Assembly (NCBI GenBank): GCA_013265495.1
Contig: MU059537.1
Location: 186,001 to 250,000, forward strand
DNA: 64,000 nucleotides
Source of the DNA: Vicugna vicugna
Lineage: Eukaryota
Direction: 5' to 3'
A program made the translations under genes and the position numbers. Below are positions 33,291-45,784 of the stretch, one piece after another (the stretch's first letter is position 1; each line of letters opens with the position of its first letter). The notes below the pieces were generated by a model. That model was not told the origin of the DNA. It did no database searches and saw nothing but the letters and a program-made list of their open reading frames with translations.

Positions 33291-36200
33291 TGCTCGCTGC
33301 TGCCTTGCTTCCTTGCTAAGATCTGTAAACCTCTCCTAAATCAGATTCCCCTGACTTTTCAGGGGAAAAGTGGCCAACATGCTCAAATAGGAAACAGATT
33401 CTGACCAGTCACAACCCATGGGCTCTGAAGGCACCAGCAAGAGGTTTTGGGCCGGCACACTGCCGCGGGGACACCGCCGCGGGGAGGGAATGACCCCGAC
33501 TGGTATGTACGACCATTTTCTTCGATGTCATAAGAACTGTTATCCATCGTAATGCATTGTCAGCCTGGAGACCCCCGAAGCCCCCGGGCACTTCTGCCTG
33601 GGGCCCCGCCCTCCTTCAGCTGGGGGCTGGGGCTGGCTCCACCCCATCCAACCAGGCCCAGCCCGTGGGCTGAGCTCTGTCCTACCACTGCCCCATCCTT
33701 CTGGTCGGTCCCTGGGCTGAGCACCTCTGGCGCAGCCACCAACCGTGTTAGAACTCCTCCCAGCATGCTCCTTGCTTGCGGCTCCTGGGGTGACAGTGGA
33801 AAGGCTGCTCACAGAGGAGGTCTGGGCCCTTCTTGGAGGACAAAGAGGGGCAGAGGATCACACTGGACACTGGGGGTCATGGCCACAGGGAGAGTTTGCG
33901 GTGCCGAATTCTGGGAAGTGGCTGCTGTGGGCGTCCCATGCGTCCCCAGGCAGGCCGCCATGCCCAGGCGTGTCAGAGGGCAGCTGTGCCCTAGCTTGGT
34001 CTCCACCCCCAAGGCACTCGGTGCCCCCTGGCCCTGACTGGAGCTGGAGGCACAGGCCCAGGAGCCAGTGCCAGGGCCCCTGTCCCACCACCAGCGCCCG
34101 AGGATCGATTAAACCCAAGGGCCTGTCACCTCTGGGGCATTAAAGTGCTTTTAAGAGATGATTATTCAGAATTCTGTAATTTCTTCTTCCTAAGTGCTCT
34201 CCCCTCTCCTGGCCCTGACCTCCAGGAAATTATTTTCATGCGCCCGATTCGACAGAGGGGCCAAACCTTCCCAATACTCAGACCCCTCCAGCCTGGCCCT
34301 CCGCCCCGGGGCCACATGCACCCCCAGATGCCCAGGAGAGCGCAGCCTCCCGGGTGGCCAAGGATCTCTCCCTTGCGGGTGCTGCCCCCTCCCCAGGTCC
34401 CCACCTCCACGCTGGTACCTCCTCCCGCCCAGCGCTGTCCAGGCCCGGGAGAGAGATCCAGGAGGGAAGAGACACCACGGCTCCTGCCAGGACCTTGTCT
34501 AGCCAGCCCAGCCCCGCTGCCCAGCGCCAAGACCCCCAGCCTCCCAGGGCGGAGCCCTGCTGCTGTGGGTGGGGGTCGCCGAGGCTCAGGGGCCCCACCC
34601 TGATTCATCGCTGCCTGGTGAGACCTCCCTGGCTTCACAGGGGCCCACAAGGCCAGTTGGGGGCCTCCACAGCCATGGACGTCCAGTGCTGGACTTCAGA
34701 ATCCCAGTGCCTCGTGGAGTGAATTCAGACCGAGCTGAATGCTGCTGGTCTGAGTCAAATCCTAAACCAGTTGTGGTAACTTGAGCTGAGCCGGGATGGT
34801 AACAGAACCGGGGCGGAGGCTGGGGTTCTGGGAAGAGGAGGGAGGCTCCCGGCCACCGGGGGAGGGAGTGGCCAGAGGATGGGATGTGTCAGGAGAGAGA
34901 GGCCAGAAGGACGGCTCCAGGCCCTGATCATCCCCTGACGGTGGGGGAGGGGAGGGCGCAGTCCAGGCTGGGTGGAACCTTGGGAACCAAGTGTGAGGGA
35001 TTGGCTGGGTATACCAGGAGGCCAGACGTGCTGCCCTCACCCCGGAGCAGAGGAGAGGCTGAGGGCTGAGGTCTCCATCTGGGGAGACTGGGGGGCAGCT
35101 CGCTCCTTCTGGGCCCTTTGAGAAGGCAGATTCTGGAAGTGTTCAAAGAAATGAGAAACGGACTTCCCCAGAGCTGGGATGGGGAGACATTGGGGTGCCC
35201 AGCAAACCTCCTTACCCTGGTGCCCCCAGAATGGTGGAGGTTCGTGTACTAATGGCCACCTGCCTGGGAGTGGGCTGGCTGCAGAACACCTCCATTTGGT
35301 GAAAATAAACATCTGGGGGCTCCAAGTCCTCATTCTTGGGGCGCCCAGTCCAACAAGGGAGACAGGATCCCATTTTGGGGTGCTGGTGTGGCACATATAA
35401 ACTTTCTGTTTGGGGTTCTCCAGGGAAAACGTGACTCCTCCCCCAAGGGGCTCTGGTTATCGGGCCCTCCAGGAAGCCTGCCAGAGCAGGATGACCATGG
35501 AACTTTGAATTTCAAAGGACGAATGACTTTTGACATAAGTATGTCCTACCTACCATCGCCCCCCAGGACGTGGAGTAAACAATTATTCACTGCTTATCTG
35601 AGTTGCAGTTCCCTGAGTGTCCCGTGTTTTGTCTGGCAGCCCTCCCCTGGTGGGGGGGGTGGCCCAGGGAGAGGAGGTGCCCTCACCTGTGGAGGTGGCG
35701 CAGCGAGGACCTGCCTGCCCCATGCTGAGATGCACGCTTTGGGGTCGGGGACAAGGGTCGGGGGTGGGGTCCCAGCTGGTCTCTGAGATGGAATCAGACC
35801 AGAAGCTGCAGGAGGCCTGAGGAGACTTCAGTTCCCTGGGCTCCCTCGGTGGCCACCTGGGTCCCCTCTGACCCTCTTGTAGCCGAGTTGCCTGCCTGCA
35901 GGGTTTTCGGGGGGCCATTGGCCCACGAAATTGAGTTGGGCCCTTGCCTGGCTCTCAGTGCTTTCTCCCAGAGCTGGCTTAGTTTTGCCTAAACATGTCC
36001 TGCCGGCTCAGCCGAAGGTGCCAGGCTCACCAGCGCAGGGCCTGCGCTGGCCGCTCGCTCTCTGCACCCCCGGTAACACCAGAGTGACACCTTCTGTCTG
36101 CTGGGCCCCTCTGTCCTGGGCGCGCCATGCTACACGCAGACTCTGCTTAAACACTGACGTTTCCACTCATTGTCACAGATGAGCTCGTGGCGGGAAGAAC

Positions 36201-37334
36201 AAACATCGCAGCAGGAGGAGGTGGAGCCCCGCCCGAGCCAGCCTCCTCCTCTGCCGCCCCTGGACCACTCCACCACTTGCACCAGCAGACTGGGCTTCTG
36301 CTAGGAGCAGGCTGAACTGCCACCTCCTCCAGGCAGCTGTCTCTGACTGCACCATCACTTTTCTGAGTCGATATTAATGTCCTGGCTTGACCCTTCAAGA
36401 TGCAACAGAGGCAGGTCTCCCCACATGGGCTGTGAGTCCTGGGGAGCCCGAGAGGGTTTTCTGCTGTGTTAATTAGCCATGGGGCCCAGGGGCTCAGGGC
36501 CCCTGTGAGCACTCTTGCTGTTGGTCGACTGAAGGCCCAGCCACTGCCTCAATCTTTTGGGCATCCGCAGCCCTTGCTCGGGGCAGGCTTGAGGTCAGTG
36601 CTGGGTTCACTGGATGAGCGGACAACGGATGCAGAGTGATTTTTGTCGGGCGTGTGAATGCTGCTGATTCCGGCCAGAGAGGGGTGGAAGGGGCAAGACC
36701 CTGCCCCCGGGCCCTGCGGCGCCCCAGCAACAGCGTCAGCTCATTCCAAGTGCACAGCCCCGTGAGAGGCCCTCAGGGTCCCCGGTGAGGGTGGGGAGAC
36801 GAGGCCCTGGAGAGACGTGACTCTCCTGGGCGGGGCCCAGGGCTTGGCCAGGTCTGGGGCGCATGCCTGTCCTGCCGTCTGCATTCCCGCTGTCGGCACA
36901 GCCCCGGGGAGGAGCCCCCGCCAGAGGCACAGGGGGCCTGGGGGACCTCTGCTCGGTGGCACTCTTCCCGTGGGAGTTTGTGAGGGTATTCCCCACTGTC
37001 CCCTGCCTGCCTGCCTGTGACAGTAAACACTGTTTGGATTCAAAGCAAATTGACTCTAATTAACCAGCCGCCAGATTACAGCTTGGAGGAGCCAGCGGGA
37101 AGGACGGTTCTTCCCGAGGGAGGGGGTGGGGGCCTCATTAGCGTGGCAGCCAGGCCGTTCCCTCCACCAGACACCCTGCCTGCTTCCTCTCCCGTGGTCC
37201 TCCTGCTGCGAGCATTTGCCCAAGCTGAAGACCCATCTTGATAAACTATTGAGCTTGGCTTAGAGCCGGCCGCCTTAGGGATCTCAGGGTGGACAGGAGA
37301 GGGCTCACTCACTTTGGCAACATTTTGGGAATGG

Positions 37335-37510
37335 AAGGAGACAGGACAGCATCTCCATCACAAAAAAGGCCACCAACACCACCTTGACTGCTGTCGTGAG
37401 TACCACCAACCCTGGGAGCATCTCCGTTGCTGCCGTTACCACCGCCATCACCACCTCCCCCGTCACCATGGTTACCATCACCACCACCATCGCCATGGTG
37501 ACCACCCCCC
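37335..37510. repeat. Degenerate (CAC/CAT)n trinucleotide repeat
   Basis: accaccgccatcaccacctcc...accatcaccaccaccatcgccatgg. Confidence 0.8.
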
Positions 37511-40047
37511 ACCCCGGGGCTGGATATCCTCCATCGGGCCCTTTAGATCCACTCTCCTCTCATCCTGTGTCTTGGGAGGCTGGCCTTTGTGGAGCACATC
37601 ACAGAGCTACTTCCCGCTCCTTCTGGCGGGTTCTGCCAGTGGGAGGGGGAGGAAGAGGAAGAGCAGGAGGCGGCCAAGAAGGGGGAGGCGGGGGAGGGGG
37701 ACACTCCAGGAGAAGTGGGGACTGAAAGGAACCACCTGTGGGCAGGTGGAAAGTAAAGAGTTCAGATTTCAGTGGGAATTTTGAGATGATTGTGGGCTCG
37801 AGTGCAGTTGTGGGAAATACGGCAGAGATCCCGAAATCTCGCACAGGAACGTCTTGGAAAACTGCAACACAGACACCCAATCAGCAAGTGACGTGGTGGC
37901 GACTCACTTAGGACTTTGTCCTCACTGCGGCAGGGGTGGACTCAGAGGACGGGAGGCGAGTGGCCGGGGGGTGGACGGCTCTCCCTCCCAGCTCCCACTG
38001 TCCACCCCTCCCGCCTCCTGGAGGGAAGGGCCCAGCCGCGGGGGTGAGTGATCCTTCTGCTGGCTCTGGAGGTCAGAAGGGGGACGCCCTCCCTGGAGGC
38101 TGCATCGTGGTCTCCATGGAGTCACCATGCCTCCACCCTTCTCTCGGGAGACACCTTCCCTCCCGCCCTCCCTCTCAAAATTGGTTGATAGAGTTAGTCC
38201 AGGAGGCTGAGTCCAGCGAGGAGTGTAGTCCAGCCTCGTCCACCCACTTTGCTCCTGTGAGTACCCAGCTCAGGGGAGCAGGAAGGGCCAATGCTGAGAT
38301 GTTTACGATGCTAACGTACTGCTTTGGGGTTAATGCCTGCGTATCAGAGCCCAGCAGATGCTGTTCAGGGTGGGGACGGGGGAGGAGGGGACGCCTGCTC
38401 TCACAGCCCCGAGGACGGGCTGTGCTGGGGAAGGCAGGACGGCGGGGGGCCTCTAGGGCCGTGGGCCTCTCCTGCCCACACCCACCCCTCACAGATAGGA
38501 TAGTAAAACACACGATGCCCAGTTAAACTGGAGTTTCAGACAAGGAATCCTTTCTCAGCCTGGGTGGGTCTCAGGTGAGCTGCCGCCCGTGAAAACAGCT
38601 GTCTCACAGGGACTTCTCTGTTGGTCCCAGGGGCCAGCGCAGAGGGGGCGGAGAAGGAGAGGCCAGCTTTCTGGACAGGGAGTCCTGAGGACCCGAGCAC
38701 CTCTCCCTCTGCCCCCACCAGCCGGGCCAGGGCTGCTTCTTCCAGTCCCCTCCTCCCCGCAACGCCCACGGCATCTGCGGGCTTTTCTCTCTCTGTTGTT
38801 TCCTTGAGGAGCAGGTGATTGTGAGCCTGAGCGCCCGGTGGTGGCAGTGCTGGGGCTTGTTTATTCCGGCCGGCATATGCGTAAACATTTTAAATCTTCT
38901 TGGCTATGCATGAGTGTATCCTAGAGAAGCAAAGAATAAACATGATTGGGGGCTGAGCTGCCCGCTTAACGCTGCACCAGAGAATTTAAAATCACTTTCA
39001 CGGCTGGCAGCCGTCCCTCCTCCGGCGTGTCCCCAGTGCGGGCAGGTGGGCCTGGGTGCACGCGGCAAGCCTGCAGGGGCCTGGGGTCCTTGCCACTCCG
39101 GAGCCAGCCCCCCGGGACCGCCTCCCCTCCCATGACATTCGCTTTCTCTCTCCATGTTCCATTTTCCAGCGTGAAGGACAAAACCAGCCGGAGTTCCAGG
39201 CGGGTCGTTTCTTAACCGTTTTCAGGGTGTGATGTGCACGCAGGTCTTCCCCGGCGGCTACTTGCCTGTTTTGCCTCCCTTGGGAGCTGCTCATAGCCGC
39301 CTGCCCAGGCCCGCCCTCTCCCGGTGGTCAGGGCTCGCATCCATCCAGGTTGGTTCGCAACTTAGAGCCATGGCTCAGTCCTGGGGAACCTTACACCCCT
39401 CGCCCAGGCTGTGCCCCAAACCAACTGAATCGGACTCTCTGGGGCAGGCCTGACGTCTATACCTTTAAGAAGCGCCCAGGTGCCCTGGTGCTGACGCAGG
39501 TGGGCAGGTGGGGAGGGTCTGGATGGGAGAAGAGGTGAGAATGGGGACTGGGCTGTGGGGCCTTGTGACGGAGGCTGGCAGAACCCCGGGGCCTGAGCGC
39601 ATCCTGCCGCACCTGAGTGGGTTCAGCCCATGGCTTGGCTCCAACATCTGGATCAGGATGTTCTGTTCATTCTGAAAGGTGAAGTGCAAAGGGCCACCTG
39701 TGTCCCCGGCCTGCACCCCAGCTGCAGCGGCCGCAGGGGAGCCGGGAGCCCTGCAGTCCCCCTGCGCTCCTGCTGTCCGTAGCGGCCGCAGTGCCTCCCA
39801 CCCGGTGCACATACTGGCCACCCCCCTGCGGCAGCCAGGATGCTGCGGGGTCCGAGCAGAGCCAGGTAGGGAGGTGGGCCCGGGGCATGGACAGACGCCA
39901 CTCATTTTGGGCAGGGGAATACTGAGGGCGGGAGGGCAGGGGTGCCCGAAGCTGCGCTACGCTGGGGGAACACGGTCCGCCCACTTCACAGCCCAGCGCT
40001 GCCTGGGCCCTGGTCTGCCCATCCCCGCATCCCTCCCTGGTGGGGGC

Positions 40048-40430
40048 TTGTAGAGGGTTGAGTGGTGTCCGCCCAAATTCGTGTCCACTCAGAACCTTGA
40101 AATACAACTTATTTGGAATAAGGGCCTCTGCAGATGTGACTGAGGCAAAGACCTTGAGATGAGGTCAGTCTGGTTGACGGTGACCCATGATGACACTGTG
40201 TCCATGGAAACTGGGAGACAGACCCAGAGGAGAGGGCGGGGGCTGGGCGACGCAGCCGCAGGAAGGCGCTCCTGCGAAGGTGACGCGCTCCGGATGCTGA
40301 GAGTGGGGCGTGGCACCTTCTCCCCAGAGGCTCGGCGCCTCAGCCCTGCTGCCGGTGCCCTCAGACACCCCGCCCAGGACTGGGACCCAGGACACGTCTG
40401 CGGTGCTTTGTCATGGCCGCCCCAGGAAGC
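40048..40430 (+). mobile_element. MLT1B/C LTR remnant
   Basis: tgtagagggttgagtggtgtccgcccaaattc...cttatttggaataagggcctctgcagatgt...gagatgaggtca...tttgtcatggccgccccaggaa is collinear with the MLT1 consensus. Confidence 0.75.
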
Positions 40431-42416
40431 GCACGGGCCTCCCGCCCCGTCTGGGCTGGTCTTGCCGCCTCACCTCGGTCCCGCCCAGGAAGCCCTGGGC
40501 CCCTTGTTCAGCCCTTTCCTTGGCTGGGGCCCCCATCCTTCCACTCCCGGGTCCCGGTCAGTGAGGGGGTACAGCGCGCTCCCTGCAAACGGGTCTCTGT
40601 TTCCTTGTCAGCTTCCTAGGGGTAGTGTTGGGCATTTGGCTTCGGTGGGACAGAGGGTGACAGGTGTGTGGAGGTCAGGGAGAGCCCTTATTGAAAGGGC
40701 TGTTGCAGGCCCATGGTAGGGTGAGGTGGCACCTCATAAAGGAGGGGACTTGGGGCCCCCCTGCACTTCGGAGGGGTCCCGACCGCAGAGAGAGGCGGGA
40801 GTCCCTCAGCCGTTCTCTCTCTCATTCATCTGGGGTCAGGATAGTCACCCCTGAACCAGAACCCTTCTGCTGCTCCAGATGCTGGAGGTGCTGGAGTCAC
40901 TGGTGGAAGCCGCCGAGTCGGGGGCAGGGGCCATGTGAACTACAGGAGCTTTTGGCCTGTCCGGGGCTGCGGCCACAGTAAAACGGGCCACGGGGGAGAC
41001 AGAGTGGGCGTGCCTGCTGGATTCAGGTGGAGAGGCCGTGGGGCTGAGCCTCTGCCGAGTGCCGTGGGGAGAGCTGTGCGGAGACTTGGAGAAGCAGGGG
41101 CAGCTGCCCTGGGCCGAGCGCCACGTTGTGTCTGTTCGGGGATGGACTAAGGCTGAGCATCGGGCCCCAAGGAAGCATGTCCGTGCTTGGGGGCTTCGGG
41201 CCCAGCCAGTCCTGAGCCTAGGGTACCTGGTAACCAGCACACGCAGCCCTGGGACTGGTCGCCCTCCGCCAGGTGGGATGAGAAGGGGGACACATCCCTT
41301 CCAGTCTCCGGAGGTGCTAGTTGGGGCACGTGGCCCATTATGGCAGCCAAGAGACATTGGGTCAGTCTGGGAGGGCTTCACAGGGGTGGTGACACCAGGG
41401 CTGACTCCTAGGCTGGGTGAGAGTAGCTGGCAGAAGCAGGGCAGGTTCTGGTCAAAGAGTCAGGCGCTGAGGTGGCCGGCCACAGGTGAAGGGAGCATGC
41501 ACAGTCCAGTGGCCGCTGCAGAGAGGCCGGCAGGTGGGAGGGAGCCGGGGAGGCGTGAGACCAGGAGCAGGAGAAGCCAGGCCCTGCAGTATGGCTGGGC
41601 CTGGAGGACACATTCCTCAAGGAGGCAGGGAGCCGGGGGCAGGTGGTGACGCAGGAGCAGGCGCTGTGGACCGGATGGCAGCAGGGGTGGTGGAGGGGCT
41701 GCTTCGCCCAGCCCAGGAGGGCCAGGTGCACGGGGGAGCTGGCACCCCTCAGGGGCCTCTGAGCACCAGGAGGGCGTGCAGCCCCAGTGTGTGTGCACGC
41801 ATGTGTGTGTGAGTGGGTGTGTATGTGTGTGCCTGTCTCCCGTGAGAGCCTGCGGCCGTAGTGTTTACAGCTGTGTGTGTGCGTATCTGCCACTGATTTT
41901 GAAAACTCCACAGCCCGTGCACCCTGCGAGGTTTGGACTCTAATTACCAGATATTGGTAATAATGCAGAACCGGCGGCAGTTTGTTTTTATGGAGCCAGA
42001 CAAACCCGAGCCTTGGGCCCTCTGAGCTGGCTCTGCGTCTGCAAGAGCGACGGGGCCCCGTGATTCCGACCATGTTGGTTCCGTCATTTCCAATAAATCC
42101 CACGAGCACTTCTCAGCACCCTGGGGGCAGCCTCCCTCCCCTGTGTGAGCGGGAGGGGGTGCCTGTGCCCCAGGAAGGCCCCATAGTGGAGCCAGTCCTG
42201 GGTGGCCCCTCTTCTAGAGAACGTGTCCTGGGACCCCGGTCCACGGCCGGCCCCTCTCAGGTGGTCTTGTGCTCCGTGGAGGCCTGAGGGCGCAGGGCTG
42301 AACCAGACCCTGTTCCCGCCTCCAGGAGCTCCTGGCCCCGTGGATTCAATTCAGCAAGCATTCCTCATTGCCATGCATCACCTCACTTCCCCTTCATGTT
42401 GAGCCTCAGCCCAGTC

Positions 42417-42428
42417 CCACCAGGGGGC
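42417..42428 (+). promoter_or_regulatory. CTCF core motif match
   Basis: CCACCAGGGGGC matches the CTCF core consensus; the following bases TG deviate from GC/AG. Confidence 0.45.
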
Positions 42429-42599
42429 TGCTATGAGTCCCCATGCCACCGACGAGGGGACTGCGGCTCAGCGACATGCATCATCCTTAAGGATTGCAGC
42501 TCCTCAGGATGGTCTGGCCCCCCAAACAGTGAGCAAGGGCCCTGAAGCCCTTGGAATATTCCTTTGTCCCAGCTGCTGCAGAGGGTGAGGTACCTCTCC

Positions 42600-43140
42600 A
42601 ACACTGAGTGACTTATGTGATATGTCAACACGCCACCCAGGAGAATAGAGAAACGCCAGCAACGCCACTCTAATTACTCTTCTCAGATGAGGCAATGATT
42701 GCTAACGTGCGCTGGATCTCATTAATTAACTCTCTCACTTTAATTAACTTCTTGCCTATTTCACCTGACATAATATATTATCACAAATGTCAACTTTGCG
42801 GAGTGTTTGCCTCTTGGAACAAAATAAGATGCGTCACACAAATGTTGCAGTTTTGATACCGGATAGGACAGAAGTCCTCAGCGGGGACCGGATGCACCAC
42901 CAGTGGGACACAAAAATGTCTAGATAGAATACGGAGTCCTCTAAACATCTACTAAGACTTCATAACCGTAATCAAATTCATTCCCAATCACACTACCGTG
43001 GCTTCTTTATGTCCTTCAAACACACCGCTGATGATAAATGTAACAACAGAACAGCTGCACGCAGAGCAATGTAATTTTGGGGGGAAAATATTTTATTTCC
43101 ACCGTGGTGGCTCCCAGGTAAAATATTAGTGCGTGCCAGG
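42600..43140. promoter_or_regulatory. Long AT-rich, repeat-free, homeodomain-motif-rich element (candidate conserved enhancer)
   Basis: TAATTA 42671; TTAATTAACT at 42722 and 42740; 12-bp palindrome ATAATATATTAT 42770-42781; AT-rich island in a GC-rich background. Confidence 0.55.
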
Positions 43141-43284
43141 CATGGGGTGGAGATGGAGGGCCGCTGCCTGAGAGCACTTCCTCTGCTTTGTAACCTGTCT
43201 GAACAACAAATGCCCTGTTGTTGATGGAGCCTGCAGAGAACGGTAGAGGGTGGGTTCGTGGTCATGAGAACTCAAAGCTCCATC

Positions 43285-43760
43285 CTTTTCTATTGTCATC
43301 ACCAGCATCATGGATATTCCCACCACCATTTCTATCATCACCTCCACCAGCACCGTCATTAACACCACCACCACCACCACTGCCACCACCATCACCTTCA
43401 CTGCCACCGTCACTATCATCACGACCTCCTCCACCACCACCACCAAGTCCACTGCCACTGACCCCCACCCCCACCCCCACCAGCACCCCCAGCAGCATTG
43501 CCACTTGCTCCACTGCTACCGTCATCCTCATAGATCACCGCATATGCCTCGGTTCAAAATGCAACGACCGTCAACGTCATTCTCACACTGCCATCGTCTC
43601 AGAACTGCCCCGACTCTCACGACCACCTCTGTGATCAGCACTGCCAGTGTCACCATGACCCTTTCCGCCATCACCATCACTCTCACCTGTGTCACCGCGC
43701 TTCGGCCGCACCGTTACAGTCGTCCGTATCACGACTGCCCACGCCCTCAGCACATTGCCA
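43285..43760. repeat. Long degenerate (ACC/ATC/ACT)n triplet repeat
   Basis: caccaccaccaccaccactgccaccaccatcacc... with triplet periodicity over about 470 bp. Confidence 0.88.
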
Positions 43761-44469
43761 CCTTCTCAGCAGGACCCAGAGTGCTTTGCAAGCACAAGGC
43801 GAAGAAGGGGGAAAGCTCAGCACCGTGATGGCCCCCAGGTTCGCCATCACTGCTCCATCCCCACTGCCAGCACGTCCTCCCGTGTTACATGATTGCTGCC
43901 TACGTCACTCCATCTCCTCAGCTCTGCCACCCTGCCGGGACCACTGTTGCCCTGTCCCTTTGCTCCACAGCCAGACCCCAATACCTCGCTCACTTGGAGG
44001 TGGGCTGAGGGTGGTCCCGAGGGCACAGGCTGGGTTTTCTCCTCTGTGTGTCCCAAATACCCAACACAGGGTCTGACGTTGTCAGACAGGAATTAAATAT
44101 GAGACTATGGGTTGAAGCTGAGCCCTGTGATGTCAGACAAAGTCAGCAACATGAATTCCTCAGCCAGGACGGCTGACAGGCCCTTGGGGGAGCAATGGAG
44201 GCCCCCAGTGACGACGTCAACCTTTGTGGGGGCGGGGGTGGTGAAGTGAGCGGCCCTTTTCCCCTGCAGCTGGTGCGCTGGTAATCAGTCCAGCTGAGTA
44301 GAAGCGTTTGACTTAATTTCATACCTCAGTAGGCATTCAGATGGAACACAGAGCTGTCTGCCAGCCCTTTGTTTAGCTGAGCCATGGTACTGTCACCCCT
44401 TAAATCATCTCCGCAGGGGACTTCTGACTGTTCAGATGCAGATGTATCCCTGGACCCCTTTCGTTTGCA

Positions 44470-44630
44470 CCATCTGCACACGTGTGCACACACACATTAC
44501 AGTCACACATGCATTCCACACACACACCACACACCACACACACCCATCCTGCATGCACACACATGCACGCAGGGCTCACACACCACCACACGTACTATGC
44601 GCACATGCATACACCACACACGTGCACAGC
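44470..44630. repeat. Degenerate (CA)n-rich block
   Basis: cacacgtgtgcacacacac...cacacaccacacaccacacac... Confidence 0.88.
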
Positions 44631-45339
44631 AGAGCCTTCAAGTTCTCAGAATACAGCAAGAATAAGGGCCCGGGAGCCGAAGACCTGCCCTGCCCTGTGC
44701 ATTTGTGTAAAGATCCCTTTTCTGGACCTCAGTTTCCTTATTTTTCCATTTTTCAAAAAATATCTGTCAGGAGCCTACTCAGTGCCGAGTGTCGTGGGAG
44801 GGGCCTGGTGACAGCCTCCTGCTTGCAGGTGGGTCAGCTGCTGGGCAGCTGGTTCCCACTCACTGTTCCCACCCTGTGGGGCTGGCCAGGTGTGGTCGTG
44901 AGGTGGGCTCAGGCTGGGCGGGGAGAGGTAGGCTGGACCAGAGGCAGGCCTGGTGTCGGGAGGGAGTGTCAGAAGAGGGGGCCCTGCCCCCACTGATTGA
45001 GACAGTGAGTTTGGGCCAGTGGGAGCGGATGGCGACATGCATCTCAGCACGCCCCTGGCACCGGGGTTCCTGCTCGGAGTGGCAGCCTGGTCTCTGGGCA
45101 TCTGGAGAGCTGAGATCAAGTCCTAGGCCTTTCCCAGACCCCTCGGATCAGAGAACAAAAGGTTTTGGAGCCAAGCTGAGGTGGGTGCGGACTGGCCGAG
45201 TAATCGCCAGCAAGAAGCAGCTTTGTGCTCCAGTTCTTCCTTCTGCGAATCGGAAATCACATCCAGACTGCCCTGCCCGCCCCAGCGCAAGCCGGGTTAA
45301 TTTCCCCGATCGCTGCTGCTGGCTTGACCACCGACTGGC

Positions 45340-45592
45340 TTTGACCAGTGGATGTGAGTAGACAAGATATGAGACCTGGCCCCCATGCTTCTGCCATCCG
45401 CCTTGAGAAGAGCGATCCTGGCAGCCACAGGTCCCAGAATGAGAGTCACAGAGCAGACAGACCTCAGACGGGCAACCCCACCCCAGCTACCCTACAGGCC
45501 TGAGAGCCAGAAAGAATGTTCCTCATAAGTAACTGAGTTAGGAGGACGGTGTGTTACAAAGCATACCAGAGCAGAAACCTGACCCATACACA
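45340..45592 (+). mobile_element. Old MLT1 (J/K-like) LTR 3' part
   Basis: Ends in aagtaactgagttaggaggacggtgtgttacaaagcatacc...gacccataca, like an MLT1 terminus. Confidence 0.55.
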
Positions 45593-45784
45593 AGCTTCTA
45601 TACCCCTGAGAAAATACTTGGACCTCCCTGCGCCCAAGCTCCCCATTCATAAAGATGAGAGGAACATAGAGTTCCTGGGAAGGTTCAGTGCAGTTCTGAG
45701 TCTAACACGGGAAGCAGCTCAGTACCCCCGGCAAGGTCCTTGGCCGGCCACCGTCTTCTCCTGCTTGGCGTTTGCAGAGGGCAC

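Noticed and set aside
37305-37784. His-rich and Thr-rich ORFs
   Set aside because: They are products of the (CAC/CAT)n and GA-rich low-complexity blocks.
43126-43828. Mucin-like Thr-rich 172-aa ORF and overlapping ORFs
   Set aside because: They are explained by the degenerate ACC/ATC triplet repeat; no signal peptide or exon boundaries.
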